From the NCBI RefSeq assembly GCF_000143415.4, contig NW_003314274.1, positions 1,127,788-1,191,787 of the forward strand: DNA of 64,000 nt, given 5' to 3'. Under the pieces are notes generated by a model. That model was not told the DNA's origin. It saw nothing but the letters and a program-made list of their open reading frames with translations, and made no database searches. The position numbers and the translations under genes were made by a program. Shown in pieces: positions 37,474-51,170 of the stretch. The stretch is from Selaginella moellendorffii. Its lineage: Eukaryota > Plantae > Lycopodiophyta. Position 1 is the stretch's first letter. Each line of letters opens with the position of its first letter.

Positions 37474-37497
37474 TCCCACTTTAACGAAATAGAGCTT
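37474..37497 (-). repeat. Right terminal inverted repeat
   Basis: TCCCACTTTAACGAAATAGAGCTT followed by AATT. Confidence 0.95.
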
Positions 37498-37501
37498 AAT
37501 T

Positions 37502-40500
37502 GCTTTGACTGAGCATTTGCAGTGTTCAGGGTATTTGATGTTGGTACAGATTAGGTGTGTGGCAAATTAGCACTTTTTTACCATTCCAAAGGCAACTTAG
37601 GTATGACACTATACCTTCTCGAGCTAAGTCTTTTTTATTCTTAGTAAATTCTAGTGACTTTGATCTATGAGGTATAGCACACCTATATTTAACTTGACCC
37701 CAACTCCATATTTTATAGAAGGGGAGTAATTTGCGAACCTTCTCAGGTGTTAGGGACAATCTCTCTAGTATTATATATCGATCACTTTGATTACTACTAC
37801 ACCACAAACATGATTGTTGACAATGATCATATATACTACAACTTCATGTAGTCTTTCAAAGGCAAAGTCAAAACTTAGGTAGATTCTCTTCTCCCAGAAA
37901 ATTGGACAAACTTCCAGACACTACTTGATTCTTTCAGAGAATGTTTCATTGAAAAAAAACCTATAAACTAACTATTTATTGATCTCTTTTCATTCCAGTA
38001 GGGTGCTCATGAGTTTGTGAACTACATCACCAGGTTTTAAGCATACTAAAAGCAGTGTTGGGATCATAGAGTAGTCTAAGATGAGTAACAAGAGATCATA
38101 ACATTCACAACAGGTCTACGTGGGAACTTGTAGTAGAACTTTTTTAGAAGACATTTAAGTCTTGTTGCAAGGCATTTTCATTTACCACGAAATTGAAAAG
38201 AGAAACTTGTTGACTTAAACATTGCTAGAGTTGATTTCAACTAAACCATCACCCCATTAAAATTACTGTGTGCAGCTGTTCACCCATCACCACAAAAGTT
38301 TATCACTATTGAACACACACTTCAAGTTATTGAGAACTTTGCCAACGAGATGTGGCAGATGAAGGAGATCATTGTTCAAAAATAATCATACCATGATAAG
38401 TTGCTCCAGGAGTTTGTAGGGTCCAGGAAAGAAGCCACTACAGCTTGGGAACACCAATTCAAGTCTTGTTAGTGCACTCATTGCAAGACAAACACACATA
38501 ACACACAATGCTACTTTAAGCTTCACCCTGGGCTAAAGTGATGGTGGCACATTGGAAGGAGAGAGGAGCTTCATTATGATTCCCAACAAGAAGAAAGCAA
38601 CAAAGAAAGTAGATGCTAGAGGTATGAAGGGTAGGGCAAAACAAGATAATAACAAGGATCAGAAGAAAGCAGTAGTAAAGAAAGTGGACATTGGAGGTGA
38701 TAAATTCATGACAGAGCAAGAGGATCACAGCAGGGATGGGAAGAAAGTGGTGAAGAAAACAGTAGTTTCACTCATCAATAAAGGAAGTAGGCATTACTAG
38801 GCTGGATTAATTGCAAGAGTGTGGAGGAACAGAATCTCGACAAGGCTCCCAGGTTGAGAGTGTGCTAGGCGTCTCAGGAGGGACCCTAGGGAATGTGACA
38901 AGAATGATGCAATACAGGACATCCAGTTGGCAATGTTGCTGGATGAGATTAAGAAGCTGGCATTGGCATTCCCACAAGGCTGTGAATGAGCTTGTCCTCA
39001 ATGAGTTCTTGCACCATTAGCTCCTGGACCATGTTGTCAACCACTTGTCCTCCTCCTGATCAAGGCACACGAACGCTCGTGTTGATGTAGGAGACCCTAG
39101 TTCCAAAACAATGTAGTGACGAATGCTTGTATGTTCGCTGGCCTCCATCGAAGCTATGTGCCATTGGAACACATAGTTCTCCTTGTGCTAAAAAAGGATG
39201 GATCCTGGAGGCTCTGCATAGACCACAGGCAGCTCAACAAACATATTGTGAAAGATAAGTATCCAATTCCTAGGGTGGAGGATCTTTTTGATGAATTAGG
39301 CCCACTCTGGCTATTATTAAATAGCAGTCACGGATGAGGACAAATTCAAGATAGCTTTTCATACACATTGGGGACTTTTTCAATGTAAAGTCATGCCTTT
39401 TGGCCTCACCAACGCCCCAGCAATGACGAACTGCCTTTTTGCACCTTTATTCGATTCGTCATCATATTTTTTTATGACATTCTTGGGTCTCTGCAATTAT
39501 CTACGTAAGTTCATTGAGAATTATGCATCCATCGCTGCTCCGCTCACTGACAAACTGCGCACTTCCGGTTTTTTGTGGAATGAGAACACTTATTTTGCTT
39601 ATGAGTGGCTCAAACACAAGATAGAGATGGCACCACAGCTATGTTTACCGGATTTTTCACAGGAGTTTATTGTAGAGACCGGGTGCCATCTTGAAGCAGA
39701 GAGATGACCTAGTGGCCTTTGAACGCCAGAGATTCACAGAGGTGGAATCAAGACAACCGGTTTACGAGCAAGAGATGCTTGCTGTGATCCATGCAGTTGG
39801 CAAGTGGCGCCATTATTTCACTCCTTCGAGATTTATCCTACGTACTGACCATTTCAGCATCAAGTTTATTCTTGATCAGGTGGGTTGACCAACTACAAGC
39901 TCTGGATTTTACCATTGAGTTTAAGCCTGGCAGCACCAATGTCCTGCCGGATGCACTGTCACGGAAGTTTGAAAAACCAGTGACGTCCACTTTCATCTGG
40001 ATATCTTCACGGGAGGGTGAGTATGTACAGCAGATCAGAGGGGAATATGAGGAAGACGAGGCTCTGAAGCCGTTACTGGACAACTTCAGGATGTCTACGA
40101 ACTTCTCTCACATTTGGAGGGGACACCGGATATTACTGAGCAGCAAAGGGAACTTCCGCAAGCAGGTGTTTCAGGAATGTCATGAGGGAATTCTTGCTGG
40201 ACATCCAGGTGTAGCAGCCACCACATCGGCAGTTCAAAAGCGTTTCCACTGGAAGGGGAAGCAGAGACACATTCGTGCATGGATATGCTCTGTCAACGAA
40301 TCAAGGCTGAGACTGTCGCATCCCCAGGCCTCTTGCTTCCTCTTCCTGTGGCAGGACACCCTTTTGCAAGCATCAGCATGGTGGAACTCCCTTCAATCTA
40401 AGCCAAGAACGCAATCTATGTGGTGGTGGACAGGTTCACGAAAGTAGCGAGATTCATCCCAGTTGCATCTACATTTTCAGCTGAGAAAGTGGCAGAGGTG

Positions 40501-41494
40501 TTCTTCGCCAACATTGTACGCTTCCATGGCATCCCGCATGAGATTGTGTCCAATAGAGATCCGAAGTTTGTCAGCAACTTTTGGATAAATCTCTTCCGAT
40601 TGTTGGGCATGAAACTTAGCTTCAGTAGTGCGTATCACCCAGAGGGTCAGACTGAACGCACCAACCAGTCACTAGAAATGCTCCTTCGGGCCTACTATGC
40701 TGATAAGCCATCATCTTGGCTTCAATGGCTTCCACATGTGGAGTATGCTTATAATACAAGTCAGCATAAATGTATGCCATTGGAATGTCACCATATGCAG
40801 CACTCTATGGATGAGATGTTCCCGGTCTGTTCGATGTCCAGCCATCGAAGTCACCGGCAGTGGAAGACCACTTATATGCTGTCCATGAGGTACATGCTCT
40901 GGCTCGTCGACACTTGGAAGCAGCCAGAGCAAGCATGGAAACACTATGCTGACAAGAAACGTTTGCTCTGGCAATTTGAAACTGGCGACTGGGTTTATGT
41001 ACGTTTCAGACCTGAATGGCACCCTCTAGGAAGTAGAGCACACGCCAGATCTAAGCTCCATCCTCCTTACAAGATGAACGAGGACTAGCCCTGCCACCGG
41101 GATCACGACTACATGATGTATTCCATGTGTCCGAGCTCAAAGCACACCATGGCAAGCTCCCGGACCAGCTCAGTCAACATCAAAGGAGCCAAGACAATGC
41201 CATGATGAAGATCCCGTGGCATCAACAGGTTAGATTTTATCCGTGCAGCCAGTGATCCCAAAGCTCATCAGCAGTGGCAGGAGACGAGAAGAAAAGCTCC
41301 ACCACGAAGTTTGGAGCTCAAGATGATCAACGCCGAGCTCCAAAAGGAGAGGGAAAAACATTGGGTAGAGTGGATTCGCAAGCGTCTCCCAACAGATAGA
41401 AAAGTCTTTCTTCAAGACTCCAACGGTGGTGGGGAACTGCCAGTCATCTTGGATACCGGCGTGTCTCGCCTGGGGGGGGGGGGGGGGGGGGGGG
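37502..41494 (+). mobile_element. Decayed Ty3/gypsy retrotransposon (gag/pol) ending in a poly-G polypurine tract
   Basis: [18 protein letters not shown]...MPFGLTNAP, RNase H YEQEMLAVIHAVGKWRHY, integrase GHPG...VVDRFTK...SSAYHPEGQTERTNQ. G-run 41472-41494 is followed by TG. Confidence 0.9.
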
Positions 41495-44400
41495 TGGAGG
41501 CACCTTGTTGATAAAGCCAAGGCACCTTCCCCCAACACTAGAAGTGTAGCTGAGAGCCACATCCTGCGCATCGACAGAAGGAAAATGTACGTCCGACGGC
41601 TTGTAAAAACGGCCACTACTGGGGCGAAGCATCAACAGGTTCTTGAGCTTTCGGGATTCAAACAACCTCGCAGATTCATCTTAGAGCCGTCTCAAACGTG
41701 CTTGAGTTTCTCTTCTTCCTTGTGTCTCGACAAAGCTTCTTGTGTTATTAGCAATACAATGCATCAATACAAAGATCTTCTTCCACATCACGAGTCTTAA
41801 TTGCTGGGAGAGAAACATCCAATTGCAATCTATGCACCATTAGTCTCTCTTCTTTTTGCTTCCCAAACCCAATCCTCCAAAACTTTTCATGTGCCTTTGA
41901 ATGATCATCCATCTCTAATTTTGACCATGGATAGACAGTAGCATCGCCGTGCAACTAATGGTGGGATTTATTTTTTGCATTTCGGCAAGCCCAAGCTCAT
42001 AAATTTGCATCGTATTCGTTCGTTGATGGGCATATCTGCCATGTTGGTCCCACTGTATTGCGACCAAAGCTTGAACCAAAGTGCAATTTGCTGTCATTGA
42101 CAATTCGAAGGCCCAGATGATCAAACCAAGAGCTCGGATCAAACTGTTTTCTCTGCGCAGCCTTAGCACTTCCCGATCTCGGAGATGAAATAATACACCT
42201 GCAAGAAGTTGCTCTCTTCGCCAGTAGCTGCAACGTCCAGGGATTCGTCGTCCACCATGATGGTCCATGGGAGCTCCAAACCCAAGTTCTCCAACTTCTT
42301 TTTGTAATCCCAAGAACCAGATTCCTTTGTCATGTGAGACATAGAAAAGACATTGTAGCTACAGCTTAAGCAGCAACTTTCGATGATCTGTTGCATACTC
42401 CCTACCGGAATTAAAAAGATCGCATGTAACCCCTGCGCTTCCCTAACCAGTGTCTCATCTAAATATGTAACAGACTTTAGTATATTCTTAATATTCTCTA
42501 TTTAGCTTAAATGGTGGCAGCGGCAAGGCAAGGACAAATTAATTGCTCCTTCCTTATACACCGGAGTTTTGATAAGCCAGACAATACACCAAGAAGCAGG
42601 CATTTACTTCTACCTAGTGATCTAGACGCTAGTAAGGAAAAATGTCACAGGAGTGACAGACTTGGATAAGATCAAATCTGTTTCGCCAGGATCAGAGCGT
42701 CTTTCTAGAATTTCTGGATCAGGGACGACACCGACTTAGATTGCCGGTGCGAATGGTCAGAAATCGGTGACTTTCAAGGAAATCCAAGTCAAGTTCTCCG
42801 AGAAACACTGCCAGACACAGGGAATTAAGCTCTCCATGAAAGCCCGAGAAATCCTAGTCCGAGATTTACCGCTAATTTGGACGAGTCCCCGAGCCGCCCG
42901 ATCAGACAGGAAAGTGACAACGCAGTTATCTCCAAAACCACACGAGCGAGGGAAATTTCCAAAGGAAAATGCGACAGAGCAACAGCTGAGAGGAAATCAA
43001 AACCAAAGTCTTCAAAAGCAAAGCCATGACGGAGATGTCACCATGAACTTGGACGAAGTCTGCCTTGAACCACAAAAAGGACACTGTCACCACGTTAAAC
43101 ATCAATTAGTTGCTGGATCGACCCCAACGAAAAGCGAACCGGTGAGCGATCTCCTTCTCTCGCCAGTCTTGTATCTTGCTCTTGTCGTTTGCCACGGCGA
43201 CAGCGTCCTGGATCCAAGAACTCGATCGGCACTCCACTGTCTTCGAGAAACTGGAAGACGAAGATAGTCAAGATCAAAGCAGCCAAGACAATGCCAACGA
43301 TGCGATCCACTCGCGTGCCGCCAACAGGTGACTCATCTTCGACTTCGCCAACGAGATTTCATCCGCGCAGCCAATGATCCCAAAGCTCATCAGCTGTGGT
43401 GGCAGGAGACGAGAAGAAGATATGCAGCGATTGGTCCACCGGAGAGTCCGATACATTGCTTCCTCGATGCGAGGACCTGTTGTAGTTGTATCGTCTATGT
43501 CGGCTCCTATGTAGAAATTTCCAGTCTTGAGAATGACATAAATCCCTTGTGATTGAATCAAGGGATAAAAATCTATTCGGCATAGTACAAGGAGGTCTCG
43601 ATCTACATCTCAGGCAAGAACGAAAAAAGAACTTCCATATCAACAGCAAAGATTACTCTCTGTGATTTTTGGCTCTTTCTTTTGGGTTTTTTTTTCTTTC
43701 TACTTTCAGGATGTTTTTTTTGCTAGGGTACAGTCCTTGAATTCCATCAAAAACTCTAGGAAGCCTCGCTACGTCATTTTTTTTTCTTGGAAGAAAAACT
43801 AAGCGAGGATAGATGGTTTCCATAGATTAAATTGTGGGTGTATTTATTCTGATCCATTTCTCTTACAGAATTCATATTTGGGAATTATACAGATTCACTC
43901 CCATTTTCAAAAGCAATTGAAGTTTGAAAATGTTAAGAAAGATTGTTAAGAGGTTTAAAAAATATTCCTATTTATTAATCTAATTAATCAAATAAAATTT
44001 TATAATTATAAACATGTTTATAATGTATAAATATAAGATTAATCTTATTGCATATCAACCATTAGATGGTAGAATAAAAAAGAATATACTAGAAAATGTT
44101 TAAGAAAGTTTATAAATTATAAACATGTTTATAAATTATAAATACAAAATTAATCTAAATGAATAACAATCGTTAAATGGTAGAATATCCTAGAATATCT
44201 AAGCATATTCTAAGTATATCCACTACTATCAGGTTTGCTTAAGCAAACCAAAAAAGTTAATGACAATAGAGTATTTTATTTAGCAAGTAATTATTTGATA
44301 TTATAGAAATGTTGTATAGCAAGTGATTGATTCATAAATAACCATACTCCCTTAATTATTATCAATATGACATTCTTTGTTTGATTCTTCTAAGATCTTT

Positions 44401-44871
44401 ATTAAACAGCTGTATGGCTTTATTTTTGTCTCCTAGGAAAAAAAACTGTATCAAAGCCTTAGAACCCTTACATAACAGGGTTAACATTCTGTTTCTCATT
44501 CTACTTTTGGGAAATATAAGCTGAACTTAATTTCCATATAAGATGAAATGCAATTGAAAAAATTACTAGGGTAATTAACATTTAATTATCAATTATAACA
44601 TTATAATTAATTTATAATTATAGAGTATAACTAGGACATGATCTTATATTTATTTGAGTAGAACATATATTAGACATTTATTGTCCCAATATGAGGTGTA
44701 TATATATATATATATATCTATTGGGTATATACGATATTACCCATATATATGTACGATACCCATCCTTTAGTATATAGGCTGCCTGGATGTATTCTATCTC
44801 CCGTATCCAGTATACTATACTATACTCCTTTTCCTACTCCTGCCTATATACAGTGGAAATGGAATACATCT

Positions 44872-45075
44872 AGTGGAAACGCTTTTGAACTGCCGATGTG
44901 GTGGCTGCTACACCTGGATGTCCAGCAAGAATTCCCTCATGACATTCCTGAAACACCTGCTTGCGGAAGTTCCCTTTGCTGCTCAGTAATATCCGGTGTC
45001 CCCTCCAAATGTGAGAGAAGTTCGTAGACATCCTGAAGTTGTCCAGTAACGGCTTCAGAGCCTCGTCTTCCTCAT
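44872..45075 (-). repeat. 204-bp exact inverted copy of gypsy segment 40047-40250
   Basis: Base-for-base reverse complement as read by eye. Confidence 0.93.
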
Positions 45076-45939
45076 GTTTACCATATAGGAAGACGATATT
45101 GGGCGTAAATAAATACGATATATTGGGTATACCGGGTATTGGGTAATATCGGTAATATATTGTATATGATAGTACCCGATATTTATCGTATATATTGGGT
45201 AAATAAATTTATATATGGTAAATAAGAAAAGAGCATTAGAACGCATAAAGTGTGAAACTTTTCACATATTTGAATTTTTGTATAATTAATTTAAAATTAA
45301 GAAGCAAACTAAATCTGGATTAAAAATTTCATAGAAATGTCAAGTATAATATAACATCTTTTATATTATGCACTGTTCAGAATAACATGATTAAAATTTA
45401 ACAACTTAAAAATATAACTCAACAAACATTGTGAAAATTATCATTGTAAATATTAAGATGGCATCACAAATTGTAAATATTGAAATTTATCTGGATAAAT
45501 ATATTTATTATTAAAATAATCATATAAAATGGAATTTAAATTTCAGCTATGTTTACAATTTGGTAAAGATAAAAACAGCAAACCCAAATTCGTCCCCATT
45601 ATTACTATTTTTTATTATACTGGGGATATAGGGATTTTTCAAATTCAAAATGCATGATCATCTTACATCTGTAATTTGTCTTCTTGTCCATCTTTCAAAC
45701 TTTCAAAAACTGGTACAATCTAAATGTAAATATTATATCTTAAATGTATTCTCTCACAAATATTGAATTATATCATTTACATCTTATCTTATTGGTACTA
45801 CATTTTTCAATAATCTAAAAACAGTTAACAATATTTGCTATCCAACAAGTTATTTCTACTATAGGTCTTTTATTTGACAATACTGAGTGAGAAAAATGCC
45901 TAAAAGATGCTGAGCTTACGTTTCTTTCAAAATGGCAGA

Positions 45940-46880
45940 TATTTTATGGCCTGTGCCTGCAAAAAATGAAGCAAGTAAGCTTTCTTTGTGTTTGATTCAC
46001 GTCTTTACCAGGTCCTAATTGCAGAAATCCCGTAAAAATGCCTTGCAAAGATGCCATCCGGTGTGCTCTTGTGCACTGACGTCGCTGCTCACGGATATAC
46101 CTGGTGTCGACTGGATTGTTCAGGTAAAGTTTGCTTCCGCTTCACGGCACAGTATGATCCTCCTCAAGATCCAAACACGTTTGTTCGCAGAGTCAGGCAT
46201 ACTGCAAGAACATGACGCATTGGACATTAGGTTGTTTTCCTCATGGAGAAAAGACTTAAAAGCATTTGTATCATATTTTCGAGCATACAAGAGCAGCACC
46301 ACTGTAACTACATTTTCCGGTTTACTTCTTTGTCCTCTACTTGGAAGAAACTGCAGGTTGGCAAGATTGCTAGGGATTTGGCCTCTTGCAGCTACTTTCG
46401 ATGCCTCCCGAGAGAGATTCCAAGTCTCAAAAGCCAAAGAAAATCGCAGGCGTTGAAGGTCCCCAGCAAAAAAAAGAAGCTTGAGAGCCATGCAGTGGAA
46501 GAAGCAGCAACAAAAGTAGAAGCTCTAGTTACCACTGAGTAAATGTTGTGAGTGGCTCCCAGTCCATAAAAGAGCTGTGGTGCACTTAGTCAGCCATTAG
46601 CACGCGAGGAAACTCGAGGAAACTCTCACCTCCTGCTATTTTCGCTTGACTCATTTGCTATTTCTATTTGTTAGATGGAAGCCATTCCATGACAGACAAA
46701 AAAAATAAGCACAAAGATTTAGCGACAAAAAAACTTTAACGTTTACTTTAACTTACTCACTTACCTAAAGAGTTTATTTTTTGAATATCTTCCAAAGGTA
46801 AGAATAACAGACTTGTAGAAGAGGCTCCAGAACTCGAGAGGATGGCTACCGAAGGGAGAAAATTCGAGGGCGTTGAAAAA
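45940..46880 (+). pseudogene. DEAD-box RNA helicase (RH18/DDX55/Spb4-like) 3' pseudogene fragment with introns
   Basis: YFMACAC, KMKQ, VLLCTDVAA, IPGVDWIVQ|YDPPQDPNTFV, AFVSYFRAYK and HHCNYIFR, with stops and frameshifts. Confidence 0.85.
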
Positions 46881-46935
46881 CCTGACACAAGAAACAAAGA
46901 GCTCAATGCTTAGTAAGCTTGAAATTGACACACCT

Positions 46936-48217
46936 TTACTCAGTCAGAGCGTCAGCCTTAAAGGCTGCTTGGAGAGAAGCTTGCGCTACTGGATAGACGA
47001 ACACCAGAATGTTCTCCATTTTGGTCCGGAACTCGTCGAGCATCAGCTCCAGCACTGTGTCCACGAACACCTCCTCTGACTCCACCACTTGATGCACACC
47101 GGCATGCAAACGCCGCGGGATCGATCTGGCATACTCGAGCCCCACAGTGAGCCCTGCATCGTTTAACAATGCCACGACCCTGGAAGAAATAAAAGTCACA
47201 TGTAAGTACTAGTTGACAGAAGAAAGAAAGAAAAAGAAAAAGTTAACCCTGGAATGTTGAAAAACGCATTCCAATTTGTTTTTCCATCGGCTGCGAGTGG
47301 GATCTCCACATCTGCTTCTCTCGTAAGCCTCACGCATTTCTCCCGAGCGGCCTCACAGAGCTTTCGCAGAAGCACTCGCTCGACCATGCGCAATCCAGAT
47401 AACCTCTTGCCCTGGGCTGAAAGCTGACGACCCTGGGCTGAAAGCTCCTCCTTCAGCTTCGAAGTTTCATCCTTCAGCTTCGAAGTTTCATCCTTCAGCT
47501 TTGAAGTTTCCTCCTTCCGCTTCGATGTTTCCTCCTTCAGCTTCTCCTCGAGCTCTGCCACTCTCTCCGTGAGTTTGGTATTCTCCTCCTTAAGGCTCTC
47601 CCTTGAGTCCTTCTGCAGCTCCTGGATTTTCTCAGCTTGCTCTTTGTTGACCTTCATAAGCTTGTTCTCGATCTCTTCTTTCTGTTTGGTGACTTGCAGG
47701 ATCAACTTGGAGTTCAGAGCTTTGAGTCTCGTGTTTTCGCCCTCCAGCCCCTGGTGTGGCTTGGGAACAACCCTGATGTAGTTCTGTCTGGCCCATGCCT
47801 CAGGCTTCAGCCTCGAGTTCTTGTAGCTAGGATCACTGATCTTGGCCTCCAGATCTTCCTTCCGCAGGCTGAAACGTTTCGCTGCCGCATCCACCGCAAA
47901 ACCAAAAGCGCCATCCAGAGATTTCTGCCAGTCACCCGCTGGAAGAGGCCATGCAGACAGAGTGCACTCCACGTAAAAAATCGGGACGCACGCTCCAGGC
48001 GCAATGTAGTTCTCTGGAAAGAAAAAAAACACGAGAATTCCAGGACAAAGAGCTACCACAAAGCTTCTACGAGGGCAGAGGCATGAATACCCTATTCTGC
48101 TTCGCATCCAATCTCTCAGCTTCGAGGGGGAATTCCCTCTTTGCTGTGGCGAGAGATATCTTGGCAAGGGGGGCGCCAATCGATCGGGAGTGACTTACCG
48201 CTGCCGCTGCTGCTCAT
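46936..48217 (-). CDS. Lineage-specific coiled-coil protein (copy 2)
   Basis: Same exon structure as 16942-18066, with an expanded (E/D)ETSKLK heptad repeat. Confidence 0.8.
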
Positions 48218-48359
48218 CGCTCCACTCGCCGCCAACCCCTTCGCCAAGAACCCTAAACGAATGGTGGGCGGCAGGTTAATTTTAATACATTTACCAAAGT
48301 CACTTTTGTTAAAACTGAATTAATATAAATTATTATGAAAAGCTATGAATTATGCTCTA

Positions 48360-48830
48360 TGTTATTGAAACTGCGAAGAGACTTTGTTGAGAAGAGCAAC
48401 TCTTTCAAATGCGAGAAAGGTTTTAAATTGATAGAAATATGAAAACTTTGTGATATATATACCTTCTGTAGCAAGCCATCTTCTCTCCAACTTTACAAAG
48501 GTCGTCAAAAGTGCTCATGAACTGCGTTGATAAATTCTTTTGCAGGCTTCCTGTCCCCAAAATAAAAAGCTCACAAAACAATTTATAAATTATGTAGTCT
48601 CTAACCTGCAACTATAGGTGAGAAATTGCCAATCAATGTCCTTATTCACAACCACCTATAAGAAAATATATAGTTCCTATGTGCATAGGGAAACAAGAAA
48701 TCACGAACCCAAGGCTTGAGATTCACCAAAACATGTGAAATGGTTGCATTCTTCATCAACTACAATGAAAAGAACGTTCATAGAGAAGTGAAAAAGGAGA
48801 GTTCCAAGTTGAGTACCTTCTCTAGGTTCT
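48360..48830 (-). pseudogene. MPP-alpha pseudogene 3' end (copy 2), truncated by the adjacent gypsy element
   Basis: Homologous to 56182-56640; similarity stops at ~48830, where retroelement sequence begins. Confidence 0.8.
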
Positions 48831-51170
48831 CAACAATAATATTAGCTATACTTGAAGAGTTTTTTGATGTTTCTAAATTTTTTCATGGATTGTCTTCATT
48901 ATAAATTGTGGAGCATAGGATTACATTAGAGCTAGGGACATAACCAATTTATTGGTATCCATTTTGATTAAGTTATGCAAAGGAGCAAGAAGTTCAATGA
49001 CAAGTTAATAAGTTCTTTGAGTTTGGATTTATTCAAATAAGTAAGTCTTCATTTGGTGCTCTAATCGTGTTTGTGAAGAAGAAAAATGATTTAATATGGA
49101 TGTGTATTAATTATCGTGTCTTGAACAAGAAGATAATAAAGGATAATATGTTGATGCCACATGTGAATGATATCTTAAACAAATTTGGTGAAGCACTAGT
49201 GTTTACCAAGATTGATTTGAGGAGTGGATATCATCAAATTGCAATGGATGATACATTTATTTTTAAGATAGCATTTAATATAAGCTTTGGGCATTTTGAG
49301 TTTACAATTCTGTTGTTTGGTTTTATAAATGCACTAACCACATTTACTTAGTTGATGATGAAGGTATTTAAGCATTATCTTTATGAGTTTGTGGAGATTT
49401 TCTTGGACAATATTCATGTTTTCAACAAGAATATAGAGGAGTATAAGGTGCATTTGTGTAAGGTTTTTTTGTTATTACGTGACAGTAAATTTTATGTAAA
49501 AAAGAGAAAATATGAATTTATAAAGTCAGAGGTGGAATATCTAAGCTATATTGCAAATCCAAGGAAGGTGGTTGTGGTGGAGAACTAACTTACATCGACT
49601 TCAATAACTCAGTTATACAACTTCTATAGTATGGTTATTTATTACTAATATTTCTAGTATAAGTTTGTGGAAGTGGCTATTCCTTTGACACGATTGTTGT
49701 GCAAAAACATGCCATTTGAGCGGAAGAAGCCACATGAGGAGAGTTTTATGGCATTGAAACGATTGTTAAGCAAGGCTTTAATGCTTCATATTGTTAATCT
49801 ATCAAAACCTTATAAGGTAATATATGATGCAAATGGTTATGCATTGGGAGAAGTTTTTATGCAAGAGGGACAACTTATTACATATAAGAGTTGAACTTTG
49901 AATATAGTAAAGCAACGTTATTTTACATATGAGCAAGAGTTACTCTTCATTGTTCATGCTTTATGGCACTATCTTTATAGTGCAATATTTGTAGTGTTGA
50001 TAGATCACAAACCTTTTATATATCTTTTCATATAAAAGGAGTTAAACACTAGACAAACTTGTTGAATGGTTAAACTCATGGAGTTTATGAAGTTTTTTAT
50101 TGAGCATCCTTCGGGAAAATTAAATATAGAGTGCGCTCAGGCTCAGGATGCTAAGATGGTCTCTTTGCGAACTCAGATGGAAGCACTTTTCTTATTGGTG
50201 GCTGCAATTTTTTATTACAATGCCCGTGTATAGTTGCCATAGGTGGATGTGTTAGTTACTCAAGCTTTATTCCACTATCATGATTGTCCAGAGGTTGGTC
50301 ATTTTGGGGGAAAGAAAATGTATGAGTTGATTAAGCACAATTTTTATTGAACAAATACAAAGACTGATATCTTCGAGTATTGTAAATCATGTGAGCTCTA
50401 TCAATGAGTAAATGTGTTACGGGAGAAGCCAAGGGGATTTTTGCAACCTTTACCTATTCCTCAAAGCCATTGGTGTAATATTTCTATGGACTTTATCACT
50501 TTTTTGCTATGAACACAAAGGCAAAATGAGTAAGTATGAGTCATTTGATGAAGTATGTGCAACTGTTGGCTCTTCAGAAAACTATCACTGCCTCAGATTT
50601 AGCTACAGTCTACTTGGAGAAGGTTTTTCTTGATTTTAGTTTACCGAAGGACATCATTAGTGATTGAGATTCAAAGTTCACTAATGGATTTTGGAAGAGC
50701 TTTGAAAAGGTCATATAAATGATTTTGAAACTCTTCAGTGGAGATCATTCTCAAACGGATGGGCAAACTAAACGTGTGAATCAGGTGGTGAAGGATATAC
50801 TACATTGTAAAAGCATTTACCAAAGATGTTTAACTATAGCATTGGTCAAAGGTAAGGATAATGGGATCTATATTTTTTGTTAGTGCAATTTGCATACAAC
50901 AATAACTAACACAATGGAATTAAACTAAGTTTTTACTTTGCCATGTTTGGAAGACATCCCTAAACAACGGTGGAGTTAGGATTGCATTTGAGTAAAGATG
51001 TTCAAATTAAGTTTGACTCAGAGGCAGCTGATTTAATCATATAAATTAATAAAATTTTAATGGTGTGCAAACAGAATTTGCAAACAGCTCAATATAGAGT
51101 GAAGAAGTTTTTTAATAAGCATTTCCAATTCCAGGAATATAAGGTGGGTGATCTCATCTTTGTGTAAATC
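48830..51170 (+). mobile_element. Heavily AT-eroded Ty3/gypsy pol remnant
   Basis: KKKNDLIWMCINYRVLN, FTKIDLRSGYHQI, DANGYALG, plus integrase GHFGG and HSQTDGQT remnants; many stops. Confidence 0.88.

Larger units (their letters stand above)
24959..37497. mobile_element. ~12.5 kb TIR DNA transposon, Sola1-like, carrying a transposase and a large cargo gene
   Basis: Perfect 24-bp TIRs AAGCTCTATTTCGTTAAAGTGGGA (24959-24982 and 37474-37497), flanked by AATT on both sides (24955-24958, 37498-37501). Internal DDE transposase with DN..ENKN and GHTHEDVD motifs. Confidence 0.9.

Noticed and set aside
24957-37499. piggyBac or PIF/Harbinger assignment from the TTAA/TAA flanks
   Set aside because: The transposase motifs (DN..ENKN, GHTHEDVD) are not of those superfamilies, and AATT explains the flanks better.
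41472-41494. Poly-G run as a special G-quadruplex element
   Set aside because: Its position after the integrase and before TG fits an expanded retrotransposon polypurine tract.
41750-42420. Coding-like minus-strand fragments
   Set aside because: Frameshifted and unidentifiable without a database search.
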